Source: an uncultured archaeon (GTDB lineage: Archaea > Asgardarchaeota > Thorarchaeia > Thorarchaeales > Thorarchaeaceae). Taken from it: a DNA stretch of 12,578 nt. The position numbers were made by a program, and so were the translations under genes. The notes under the pieces are model-generated. The model worked only from the letters and a program-made list of their open reading frames with translations, was not told where the DNA came from and searched no databases. Every line of letters starts with the position of its first letter. The first letter of the stretch is position 1. The stretch lies in contig CAZSWP010000065.1 in assembly GCA_964610875.1 (NCBI GenBank), positions 1-12,578 on the forward strand. Reading direction: 5' to 3'. Of this stretch, positions 1 to 7,932 are shown piece by piece.

Positions 1-145
1 CACTAAAGAAATGTCCAACTTTGACCAGATCTCTTGTAACTGTTGGCAACCCCCGTTTCCATCCTGAAACAACTCTATTGGACAAATGCCCATAGATTGT
101 ATTTCTGACTAGATTCTTTGCTACTACCAAATTCTTTGGTTAGTT

Positions 146-1162
146 CTATTCATACGATTTCTCAATCTTTCGTGTCTTATCTTCTATAATCTCTCTGAAA
201 TCTACGTATTTCTTCACTTCATCCAGTAGTACGTTCAATAGAAAACAGAGCTCTCTCTCTGTTTGAAGTGCCCATTTTGCTCTGATTCTATTCATGTCAT
301 AACGTACGCGTACATACGATCTCATGTCTGACTCCCCTTTTGTCAGAATGATATCCTTGTCATCAACAATGATTGTTTCTTCTCCCCTTTCCTCTATGCT
401 CTCACTGAGATAGAAGGTATACTCTGGGCCTATGGTTTCCATCTTTGGGATTGTCACCTCAACCTCTAGCGGTGGTGCTGTTGATGTGACCAGTATAAGT
501 CGGACATCATCAACAGCCTTGAGTGAATGACCTTGTGCAATCCTGTATCGCATAATGACCGATGAAACAATATCACAATTTTTCAAGTATTTTCCAACAT
601 ACTCTCTGGTAAAGTACTTTGTAATCCGATGATGTAATGGGTTTCTCACAAGATTGCTAGATATTGGGGTTCCCTTGAATGCAAAGAAAATAGATACAAA
701 GTACAAAACAGCTCCTAGAGTCAACAATATCGACACACCAAAAGTATACCCAAAAGTATCGATAAACGACATGATAGCATAGAGAATCAAGACACTTGCG
801 ATTAAAACGAGGGTCCAACCACAAATATAGACAGGATGCCCTCCCAAATCCCCTGTTTCATCATCTCCTTCATAGTACACCTGACCAAAGTCATCAAGTT
901 CTCGTGTTTGCTCTTCAAATTCTAAATGGCCTACATTTATGGTAGTCGAACGTTTCCTGAAGAACCCAAGTACACTTCCTACACTGTAGAAGATGAATGG
1001 TGTAAAAGCAACTAGGATACCATACCCCGGGTCAATATCCATATTGACTTCATTTGAAACAAAGAAGAATTGCCAAGAAAATACTGCAACAAGGACAATT
1101 AAGACAAACCCAATAACGGGGTTCCACTTCCCATAGCTACTTGTATCAATCTCCTCATACAT
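146..1162 (-). CDS. Hypothetical membrane protein (about 4 N-terminal TM segments plus soluble C-terminal domain)
   Basis: 338-aa ORF with ATG start. Hydrophobic stretches (VIGFVLIVLVAVFSW, YGILVAFTPFIFY, GWTLVLIASVLILYAI, FGVSILLTLGAVLYFVSIFF) are followed by a hydrophilic domain. No family recognised. Confidence 0.8.
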   Translation of the reverse strand: MYEEIDTSSYGKWNPVIGFVLIVLVAVFSWQFFFVSNEVNMDIDPGYGILVAFTPFIFYSVGSVLGFFRKRSTTINVGHLEFEEQTRELDDFGQVYYEGDDETGDLGGHPVYICGWTLVLIASVLILYAIMSFIDTFGYTFGVSILLTLGAVLYFVSIFFAFKGTPISSNLVRNPLHHRITKYFTREYVGKYLKNCDIVSSVIMRYRIAQGHSLKAVDDVRLILVTSTAPPLEVEVTIPKMETIGPEYTFYLSESIEERGEETIIVDDKDIILTKGESDMRSYVRVRYDMNRIRAKWALQTERELCFLLNVLLDEVKKYVDFREIIEDKTRKIEKSYE

Positions 1163-1292
1163 AGTACCACGAACGTGACATTTTCAACGTGAAGGCAATT
1201 AAAGTTTTCAACCACTCTCGGGCTTTCTAACGATCCCCTAAGAAATGAAAGACATAATATAAGGGAGTGAACACTATCTGCAAGGGATTTCA

Positions 1293-2393
1293 ATGAAGGA
1301 TGTGGATGAAGCAGCTGTCTATCGTAATTTGCAAAAACACCTTGATAGCATGCCAGTGGGATTCCCAGCAACCGAGTCTGGCGTTGAGATTCGCATACTT
1401 GAACGATTGTTCACACCACAGGAAGCTCTAATTGCCACACATCTGACTTATTCTTGGACCCCCTCTGAAAGCATTGATGAGATTTATCCGCGATTAGAAC
1501 ATACTGGTATCTCTAGGCGGGAATTGGAAGCTTCTCTTGATATCATGGCTAGTAAAGGACTAATCTTCCGCAAAAAGGGAGAAAGCACTACATATTACGG
1601 TAATGTTCAGTGGGTCATTGGGATCTATGAGTTCCAAGTGAATAAAATGACAGCAGAACTCTACTCCGATATTGTGGACTACAACATGGAAGCATTTGGC
1701 AAAGAGTTATTCTATACTCCATTACCCCAACTTCGAATAATCCCCGTTGGAAAGAGCATAGAGCATACACATATGATTGCTGCATATGACAACATTAGAG
1801 AATTATTGGCCAAAGCCACAGGTCCCTTTATGGTTGCAAACTGTATCTGCCGACAAGCAATGGATGCAGTTGATAATCCATGTAAAGCAACTGATAGACG
1901 AGAAACCTGCATTGCATTTGGCGAGCATGCGCAGATGTATATTGATGAAGACTGGGGTAGAGAGGTAACTAAGGACGAATTAATCGACATCCTTCAACAG
2001 AATGAAGAAGATGGTCTTGTCCTACAACCAAGCAATGCAAGGTCTCTTGACTTCATTTGTAGCTGTTGTGGGTGCTGCTGCGGTATTCTTTTTGGATCGA
2101 AGATGTCTCGGAAACCGGTCAAGTTCTATTCCACCAATTATTTCGCGGAAGTAGACTCTGAACTCTGTACACTATGTGGGACGTGTGTAGAAAAGTGTCA
2201 GATGGAGGCCATTTCACTTGGAGATGATTCAGCAGTTATCGATTTGAATCGGTGTATTGGATGTGGTGTTTGTGTGGCTAACTGTCCTTCAGATGCTATG
2301 ACACTACAAAAGAAAGAAGGAGTGAAAGTCCCACCTAAAACCTCCGAAGAGCTGTATTCAATATTGTTAGAGAAGAAGCAAGAACAAAAATAG
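1293..2393 (+). CDS. Multi-[4Fe-4S] cluster protein (N-terminal wHTH-like region, Cys-rich core, C-terminal 2x[4Fe-4S] ferredoxin domain)
   Basis: Two ferredoxin motifs, CTLCGTCVEKC and CIGCGVCVANCP, plus CICRQ and ICSCCGCCCGIL motifs typical of a widespread anaerobe '4Fe-4S binding protein' family. Confidence 0.9.
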   Translation: MKDVDEAAVYRNLQKHLDSMPVGFPATESGVEIRILERLFTPQEALIATHLTYSWTPSESIDEIYPRLEHTGISRRELEASLDIMASKGLIFRKKGESTTYYGNVQWVIGIYEFQVNKMTAELYSDIVDYNMEAFGKELFYTPLPQLRIIPVGKSIEHTHMIAAYDNIRELLAKATGPFMVANCICRQAMDAVDNPCKATDRRETCIAFGEHAQMYIDEDWGREVTKDELIDILQQNEEDGLVLQPSNARSLDFICSCCGCCCGILFGSKMSRKPVKFYSTNYFAEVDSELCTLCGTCVEKCQMEAISLGDDSAVIDLNRCIGCGVCVANCPSDAMTLQKKEGVKVPPKTSEELYSILLEKKQEQK

Positions 2394-2439
2394 TTGACTT
2401 GGATTATGACAAGAAATGGTGCGCTCGCCGGGACTTGAA

Positions 2440-2471
2440 TTCCCGACCACGTTCGAGAATTGAACGCAGTT
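2440..2471 (-). other. tRNA-Gly intron 2 (32 nt, position 53/54 at the T loop), BHB motif
   Basis: Interrupts CCGGG|TTCAAGT. 9-bp stem ACTGCGTTC/GAACGTGGT, bulges GG|A and AA|T. Central helix CCCG/CGGG is complete only after intron 1 removal. Confidence 0.88.
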
Positions 2472-2476
2472 CCCGG

Positions 2477-2506
2477 TTCCCGACCATATCCGGATTGGAT
2501 ATGATT
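2477..2506 (-). other. tRNA-Gly intron 1 (30 nt, variable loop/T-stem junction, about 48/49), relaxed BHB (HBh') motif
   Basis: Central helix TCCG/CGGG, bulges GC|A and AA|C, 9-bp intron stem ATCATATCC/GGATATGGT. No outer helix. Confidence 0.85.
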
Positions 2507-2579
2507 GCCGGATCCGTGGCAGGGATCCATCATAGCCCCTAGACAACGAGCGCGTGTGGAATTGTTCGAATAGGTGAGC

Positions 2580-2596
2580 GTTAAAAAGTTTGCCGA
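2580..2596 (-). promoter_or_regulatory. Putative BRE/TATA promoter of tRNA-Gly
   Basis: Minus strand reads CGGCAAACTTTTTAAC, with a TTTTTAA box about 28-34 nt upstream of the mature tRNA 5' end. Confidence 0.5.
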
Positions 2597-2675
2597 ACAA
2601 CCAGAGTTTCATTTCATAGATACAGTTGGAGAATATGGGAAACAATAAACTGCAATAGAATATATCTCAGGAACC

Positions 2676-3710
2676 ATGGAGCGAGTTACTTGGATTGACA
2701 TTTCAAAAGCACTTGGCATCTTCTTTGTCATCACAGTGCATGCTATTATTCCTGCAATCAATCCCATAACCATTCATCTGAGTAGCTTTACAATCCCCTT
2801 GTTCTTCTTTATCACAGGGCTTACCTATAGTAATGAGAAGTATCGTGATTCTATCAGTCAATACATCATCAGGCGTGGTAGACGGCTAATGATTCCATAT
2901 TTTCTGCTCTATCTACTGATGATACTGCTTTTCATTCCCTTAGCTGGACTTATTGATACATATCTCACTCCGGACCAACTCATTTTTTGGCTACTATATG
3001 GTGCAGGTCCTCCCGATTCCTCGACTCATCTCTGGTTCCTTCAAGTTTTATTTTTCGGACTTTCTCTCTTTGTAATAATTGACCATTATCTCATAGGTAG
3101 GAGTCGAATTTGGAAAGGTATATTGCCGCCTGTACTTGCTACGGGTACCTTTGTTCTTGATGTACTATTTCAAGAAAGCCTTGTACCATGGAGGCTTGGG
3201 AGTGTTCTTCTCGCAACTGCATTCATTCTAATTGGCAATGAAACACGTTACATCTTTGAAAGATGCGAATGGACGATTCCAGTTCGAGAGTCGTTGATTG
3301 GGATTATCCTTCTCTCTATCACCCTCGTTCTACTCTCTACGATCAATGGTTTTACAGATATGGCTGTAGATAATTATGGGTATAATATTGGTCTATATCT
3401 TGTAAATGGTACACTTGGGTCCGTTCTCATCATATTTTTTGCTAGTCTTCTTTCAAGGGTTTCAAAAATCAATGACATCATGACTCCTATTGGCAATCAC
3501 ACGCAGGAGATTTACGAACTCCACCCTCTTCCTTTTCTGTTGGCTCCTTTCATCATTACCAGCGTACTTGGCGACTCTTTCTACGAACCACTATTATGGG
3601 TTGTAAGATTCACACTCAGTATTCTCATAATCATCCCCCTGGCTGTCTATCTCGTACGGAAGAGTCGATTAGCTCGTTTCATCCTTCGCGGATCATTTGA
3701 AGAGGATTGA
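2676..3710 (+). CDS. Acyltransferase family 3 (OafA/NolL-like integral membrane O-acyltransferase)
   Basis: Motifs RVTWIDISKALGIFFVITVH, FTIPLFFFITG, RRLMIPY and LWFL, with about 10 hydrophobic helices. Confidence 0.9.
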   Translation: MERVTWIDISKALGIFFVITVHAIIPAINPITIHLSSFTIPLFFFITGLTYSNEKYRDSISQYIIRRGRRLMIPYFLLYLLMILLFIPLAGLIDTYLTPDQLIFWLLYGAGPPDSSTHLWFLQVLFFGLSLFVIIDHYLIGRSRIWKGILPPVLATGTFVLDVLFQESLVPWRLGSVLLATAFILIGNETRYIFERCEWTIPVRESLIGIILLSITLVLLSTINGFTDMAVDNYGYNIGLYLVNGTLGSVLIIFFASLLSRVSKINDIMTPIGNHTQEIYELHPLPFLLAPFIITSVLGDSFYEPLLWVVRFTLSILIIIPLAVYLVRKSRLARFILRGSFEED

Positions 3711-3718
3711 ACACAGAA

Positions 3719-4798
3719 CTAACTTAAAATTAGTCCTGCTCGTTTCTTGATTAAAAGGGCTCTGAAAGTTGACTCATACTCAATACATTTCTCGCCTCTA
3801 TCTCTTTCATCATAACCCATATACGCACCTCCTACCCAGTATCCATCCATTTTTTCTAAGAGCCAACTCCGAGGAAATAGGTAAGTCCCCTTGGATGTTC
3901 TGAATTGCTCCAAGTATTCCATGTTATCCTTGAACCACTTACTTTCCCTTGCTCTTTTGAATGGAGCAAACATCTCAAGATTGAGAAGTAATTCAGCAAA
4001 ACAACGTCCTTCAGAATGTTTCCGATATCCTGGCAGTGTCACTGCCCATCCCACCACATAGTATCTATCTCCATACCATGCAACACCATAACTTGGTGGG
4101 AGACTCTGATATCTCTCAGTCAGAATCATCTCCACAATCCTCTCTAATTGTACTCTCAACTTCTCAGTATTCATTATTGATTCCAATGAACCAAGACCCC
4201 GAATATCGTGAATCCAAGGTAGCTGGAACTCTTTGTCCGGTTGTAACTCAGGATTGATAATTTGATGATGTTTCAAAGAGGGATGATTTGGAAGACCAAA
4301 TTCCTCTCTATTCACATATATTTCATCATAATTTGGTGCTCTGGCAAACTTGTAGAGTGCATCCAATCTAGAATAAAGAAATTGGATGACTGATTCAACA
4401 GCATCGTATCCTGCATATGCTAAGAAAGAAGCAACAATGGTGCGATGAAAAACAGCATGAGCAACTCCTGAAGGAACATCAAAATTCTCGCTTAACCATA
4501 CCCGAAATGGGAGTGTCTTGTTATCAAACGGTTGCAACCCTGCACGTAGACCCAGTTGTACTAGGTTTCCCATTGTGTTCTCATATGCTTCAGGTTTGCC
4601 AACATGAACCGCTTGAAATTTCGTATTTGGTTGAAGAAAGGATAACCACTTCTTCACATCAGATGAATTATTTAGGTCTCTGAGTGCACGACCAACTCTT
4701 CCTACATCTTGCTCTTCTATGATGTCGACCAATGTACGATACCGAATAATAGGGCCTGCATTTCTCACAAGCCATTCAGGTAGGTCTTCAATCTCCAT
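3719..4798 (-). CDS. Hypothetical soluble protein
   Basis: 359-aa ORF with ATG start, convergent with the acyltransferase and divergent from pyrE. Trp/Tyr-rich and helical in character. Function not recognised. Confidence 0.8.
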   Translation of the reverse strand: MEIEDLPEWLVRNAGPIIRYRTLVDIIEEQDVGRVGRALRDLNNSSDVKKWLSFLQPNTKFQAVHVGKPEAYENTMGNLVQLGLRAGLQPFDNKTLPFRVWLSENFDVPSGVAHAVFHRTIVASFLAYAGYDAVESVIQFLYSRLDALYKFARAPNYDEIYVNREEFGLPNHPSLKHHQIINPELQPDKEFQLPWIHDIRGLGSLESIMNTEKLRVQLERIVEMILTERYQSLPPSYGVAWYGDRYYVVGWAVTLPGYRKHSEGRCFAELLLNLEMFAPFKRARESKWFKDNMEYLEQFRTSKGTYLFPRSWLLEKMDGYWVGGAYMGYDERDRGEKCIEYESTFRALLIKKRAGLILS

Positions 4799-4888
4799 TT
4801 GTTAGTCAGATATACTGAGCAATGTTTGCCTTTGTACATTTGCTATAAATGGTGAAAGTTAAGAAGAATACGGATACGCAGATAGTAG

Positions 4889-5608
4889 GTGCAAGTTATG
4901 ACAAGTGAACGCGTGTTTGAGAACTTGAAAGCTGAGATTATTGCTGACATCTATCAAAATAGAATGCTGCTAACATCGAAGAGAGATCGTCCCGAAGGAT
5001 GGACATTACATTCAGGCCTATGGAGTCCCTTCTATATTCAGCTTCGTCTTATTAGTTCCTTTCCTCAAACACTCAAAAAAGTGGGCATGACGATGACTAC
5101 ACTTCTGGAAGAAAAAGCACCACACATCAACAAGGTTGTGGGAATCGCTTTCGCAGGTATTCCAATTGCCACTGCTATCTCTCTAGAATCAGGACTGCCT
5201 GCTTGCCATACACGAAAACTTGCTGGTGTGAAATCCCAGGATGATTTACAGAAATACATCAAAGAATATGGCCAGCATGCCATGGTTGAAGGTGTGATTG
5301 ATGATGGCGATGCCCTCTGCATTGTTGACGACTTGGTCACAGGAATGACAAGCAAATTCGAAGCTCGGAATCAAATACTTGCTGAAGTAGAACAGCGCGG
5401 GATAAAGGATGTAACATGCGACCATATTGCCGTGGTACTTGACCGGCAACAAGGTGCAGACAAAATTGCTCTGGCAAAAGGTCTACGACTTCACTCACTC
5501 ATTAAATTCTTGGACGAAGGCCTCCCGATGTTGAAGACGATGATGCCAGCAGAAGAGTTTGAGATAATCTCGAACTATTTAAAAGATCCCTCAGCTTTTC
5601 AAAAATAA
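4889..5608 (+). CDS. pyrE: Orotate phosphoribosyltransferase
   Basis: LHSGLWSPFYIQLR (SG-x-x-S-x-x-Y motif), AFAGIPIATA, RK...KEYG...VEG, PRPP-binding IVDDLVTG and VVLDRQQG. The start may be the GTG at 4889 or the ATG at 4898. Confidence 0.88.
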   Translation: MQVMTSERVFENLKAEIIADIYQNRMLLTSKRDRPEGWTLHSGLWSPFYIQLRLISSFPQTLKKVGMTMTTLLEEKAPHINKVVGIAFAGIPIATAISLESGLPACHTRKLAGVKSQDDLQKYIKEYGQHAMVEGVIDDGDALCIVDDLVTGMTSKFEARNQILAEVEQRGIKDVTCDHIAVVLDRQQGADKIALAKGLRLHSLIKFLDEGLPMLKTMMPAEEFEIISNYLKDPSAFQK

Positions 5609-5682
5609 TGAATGCACCTCTTTATAAAGACCGAAACGGTTTTCTTCATTAATACCATATCTTATTGAAAAAAGGGGTAGAA

Positions 5683-6138
5683 ATGACCAGGGATAAGCAA
5701 ATGCGCAACCTGCTGAACCAGGTTCTGGTCAAAGAAATGAACCATTACCACTTCTACTATGAAGGAGTACGTAATCTGGAAAAACCTACAGCGGTTCGTC
5801 TTTTTGAGAACCTCGCTGAATCAGCAGCCGGCTTCATTGATGCGCTGGAAATGATATTGAAGACAGAGGATCTGAACACAGAAATCGTCGAAAACTGTGA
5901 CCTTGCAATTCTAGATGACCCACCAGACCCCACACCTGTAGACCCCAAGAGAGCCGAGAAGGATATGGCTCTTCAAGCATGTAATGAGTCCTTGAAGAAC
6001 GAATATGCATCTTATATTCACCTTCTAGCCTGTGCTGGTGGCATTGAAGACTCGGAATGGGGTGACCTCTGTAAGAAGATTGCATGTCTAAAATCAGAGC
6101 GAATTGATTGGATAAGAGCTGTAGCTGAAACTCTATAG
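5683..6138 (+). CDS. Ferritin-like/rubrerythrin-fold protein with degenerate diiron ligands (paralog 1)
   Basis: Four-helix pattern: KEMNHYHFY, LFENLAE, NESLKNEYASY, LCKKIA. The ATG at 5683 follows GGGGTAG and is preferred over the TTG at 5665. Confidence 0.7.
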   Translation: MTRDKQMRNLLNQVLVKEMNHYHFYYEGVRNLEKPTAVRLFENLAESAAGFIDALEMILKTEDLNTEIVENCDLAILDDPPDPTPVDPKRAEKDMALQACNESLKNEYASYIHLLACAGGIEDSEWGDLCKKIACLKSERIDWIRAVAETL

Positions 6139-6177
6139 ACCCAATATAATCCATAACAGAAACCGCTTTGTAGGAAG

Positions 6178-6651
6178 ATGCCATATAATTACGATATCAT
6201 GAGCGTCCATAAGAAGACCCTCGATAATATGCTGCGACTTGCATTGACCACAACTGGCTCTCACTATCAATACTACCATAATGCAGCTATGAATATCGAG
6301 CACCCAAAAATCAAGGCACTCCTGATGGTCTTAGCGGAAACTGAATCTGATTTGATGGAAAAGATCAACCATATGATTGCAACAGGTGTGTTGGATGAGA
6401 TTATAGAGCTCGGTGACATGGGTCCCCTCGAAGACCCTGATGAGCTGCCATTCGACCTTACACGAGAAGACTCGGATCCCCGTATCTATGTTTGCAACAA
6501 AGCTCTTCAAAAAGAACTGAAAGGTTATGGCTTCTTCCTCTCTATTGCTGCCAGAGCCAAAGCGGAGCTGATAAGCAGAATCTTTGAATATCTAGCTCAT
6601 ATAAAACTCGAACAGATTCGTAGAATTCGTCGAGTCTGTGAGACCTTCTGA
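6178..6651 (+). CDS. Ferritin-like/rubrerythrin-fold protein with degenerate diiron ligands (paralog 2)
   Basis: LRLAL...HYQYY..AA...EHPKIKALLMVLAETE and ALQKELKGYGFF...IFEYLA match the rubrerythrin helix repeats. Shares a linker motif with the upstream gene. Confidence 0.75.
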   Translation: MPYNYDIMSVHKKTLDNMLRLALTTTGSHYQYYHNAAMNIEHPKIKALLMVLAETESDLMEKINHMIATGVLDEIIELGDMGPLEDPDELPFDLTREDSDPRIYVCNKALQKELKGYGFFLSIAARAKAELISRIFEYLAHIKLEQIRRIRRVCETF

Positions 6652-6657
6652 TACTGT

Positions 6658-6675
6658 CCTTTTTCCTTTGTATTT
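6658..6675 (+). terminator. Putative oligo-T/pyrimidine-rich archaeal terminator
   Basis: CCTTTTTCCTTTGTATTT lies a few nt after the stop codon of the ferritin-like pair. Confidence 0.35.
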
Positions 6676-6732
6676 CGCGCGGTTTATGTATTTAGAACAC
6701 ATGTTCCAACAAAGTTTTATTCAAAAAAATAC

Positions 6733-6783
6733 CGAAAAGAATAAATAAATAAATATATTTATATATATTATAGTATATACTAT
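6733..6783 (+). promoter_or_regulatory. AT-rich promoter region with TATA box (TTTATATA, 6758-6765) and two 14-bp palindromes
   Basis: Nearly pure A/T tract with perfect palindromes ATAAATATATTTAT (6749-6762) and ATAGTATATACTAT (6770-6783). Confidence 0.55.
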
Positions 6784-6789
6784 TAGTAT

Positions 6790-6867
6790 GCGACCGGGAG
6801 GTCGTCTAGACGTCATATCCTCCATCTGTTCCATCGGAAATGATGGGGTTGGAGGGTTTATTGGCGT
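6790..6867 (+). ncRNA. Candidate structured RNA / 5' leader (two GNRA-capped hairpins)
   Basis: GCGACC-GGGA-GGTCGT hairpin, followed by a three-segment hairpin ACGTCA/TGGCGT, TCCTCCA/TGGAGGG, TTCCATCG-GAAA-TGATGGGG with several G-U pairs. Begins about 25 nt after a TATA box. Confidence 0.45.
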
Positions 6868-6879
6868 GGAGAATGCGAA

Positions 6880-7272
6880 ATGGTGAGACCCTTGAACAAT
6901 AGAGAACAAAACTACATCCCTCCTGTGATTCTGCAGAATTATGAGGAGTTCAAACGCTTTGCGTGTAAGGCATCTGTGGTCACGTATAATCCACAGTATC
7001 TGAGAAGTCCTTTCTTGGATGATAAGAAACGAATTACTAGAGTCACACTAGCAGCAGTTGGTGTACCTGTAAGGGACATGCCTCTGAACTTTGTGATAAC
7101 TCTTGACTATGGCGAGATTATACAATTGGTCGGCATTGATGCTAGCGATACATATCTCTCTGAAGACATGCTACCTGCACTTCTTGAAGACCTAGGATCT
7201 GAGATAATATCGGTCCGCGGTGGGATAGAAACAGGACCCGCTATGGGAGAACTGCTGACAGTACGGTCATGA
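6880..7272 (+). CDS. Hypothetical protein
   Basis: 130-aa ORF with ATG start preceded by GGAG; globular composition. Confidence 0.75.
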   Translation: MVRPLNNREQNYIPPVILQNYEEFKRFACKASVVTYNPQYLRSPFLDDKKRITRVTLAAVGVPVRDMPLNFVITLDYGEIIQLVGIDASDTYLSEDMLPALLEDLGSEIISVRGGIETGPAMGELLTVRS

Positions 7273-7393
7273 TAACATAACAGAGAGTATCAAACACAAA
7301 TTACTCACATTGTAGCCGCCACGCCAGTCTAGATGCAGATGTTCTCACCAATAATCATATGAGTTGATACACATTCATCATACTTGATTTACT

Positions 7394-7915
7394 GTGCCTG
7401 ATGTAGAACCGATTGACTCCCTCTTGCCCCGAATTATGGATATGTATTCAGATAATCCCGCTGGATGGAGGGCAATAAGTACACCCAAGGGTGACATGAT
7501 CATAAGCAGTCCAAAAGCTGCTTTTCAACTCAAAGCCATATCGCTCAATCCCAGAGAGTTCACAGGTGCGGGAATTGAACTCGCTGATTCTCCTAGTATC
7601 ATGAAAAATATTGAAAAATCCCCTGATTTTGGTCTGAGACCAATACACATGACCGACCTTGAGGGATTGATGAAGTCACTACATAATCCTGAGGATGCTC
7701 AAGCCCAATTGCGTGGTATAATCAATCGAGCACCAGTTTCTACCAGAGATCTGAGTGGCAATGACATCAGCCATATTCTTAGCGGTCCAGTATTCACACG
7801 ACCGGACCTACATAGTCTGAGTCCTGAAATCAGTCGGACTCAAAGCACTTTGGAGAAATCAGCAAGAAAGATTTTCGAAGAGAAATATCCCTTCCGTGCT
7901 GGGATGTACTTTTGA
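7394..7915 (+). CDS. Hypothetical protein
   Basis: 173-aa ORF with GTG start that fills the gap before the longin-like gene. Confidence 0.75.
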   Translation: MPDVEPIDSLLPRIMDMYSDNPAGWRAISTPKGDMIISSPKAAFQLKAISLNPREFTGAGIELADSPSIMKNIEKSPDFGLRPIHMTDLEGLMKSLHNPEDAQAQLRGIINRAPVSTRDLSGNDISHILSGPVFTRPDLHSLSPEISRTQSTLEKSARKIFEEKYPFRAGMYF

Positions 7916-7932
7916 TATAAGAGGAATGATGA

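Larger units (their letters stand above)
2417..2553 (-). tRNA. tRNA-Gly (anticodon GCC) with two non-canonical introns and encoded CCA
   Basis: Minus strand: acceptor GCGCTCG/CGAGCGC, discriminator A plus CCA (2417-2419), anticodon arm GATCC-CTGCCAC-GGATC (anticodon 2518-2520), T arm CCGGG-TTCAAGT-CCCGG. Removing 2477-2506 and 2440-2471 gives a 75-nt cloverleaf. Confidence 0.95.

Noticed and set aside
1-131. Possible partial CDS at the left edge
   Set aside because: Several frames are open over this short stretch and none has a recognisable motif, so no frame can be chosen.
1099-1990. Small ORFs 1099..1371, 1712..1990 and 1777..1968
   Set aside because: Shadow or alternate-frame ORFs overlapping well-supported genes.
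2198-2645. Minus-strand ORFs 2198..2533 and 2367..2645
   Set aside because: They overlap the tRNA-Gly gene and the antisense strand of the Fe-S gene, and show no protein motifs.
4036-6184. Short ORFs inside the hypothetical, pyrE and ferritin-like genes
   Set aside because: Antisense shadows of longer, better-supported CDSs.
6790-6867. SECIS, SRP RNA or tRNA identity for the hairpins
   Set aside because: No cloverleaf, no SRP helix-8 motif, no convincing SECIS core, and no in-frame TGA candidate gene identified nearby.
6721-6909. 62-aa minus-strand ORF
   Set aside because: Its I/Y/F-rich tail is just the translation of the AT-rich promoter tract.
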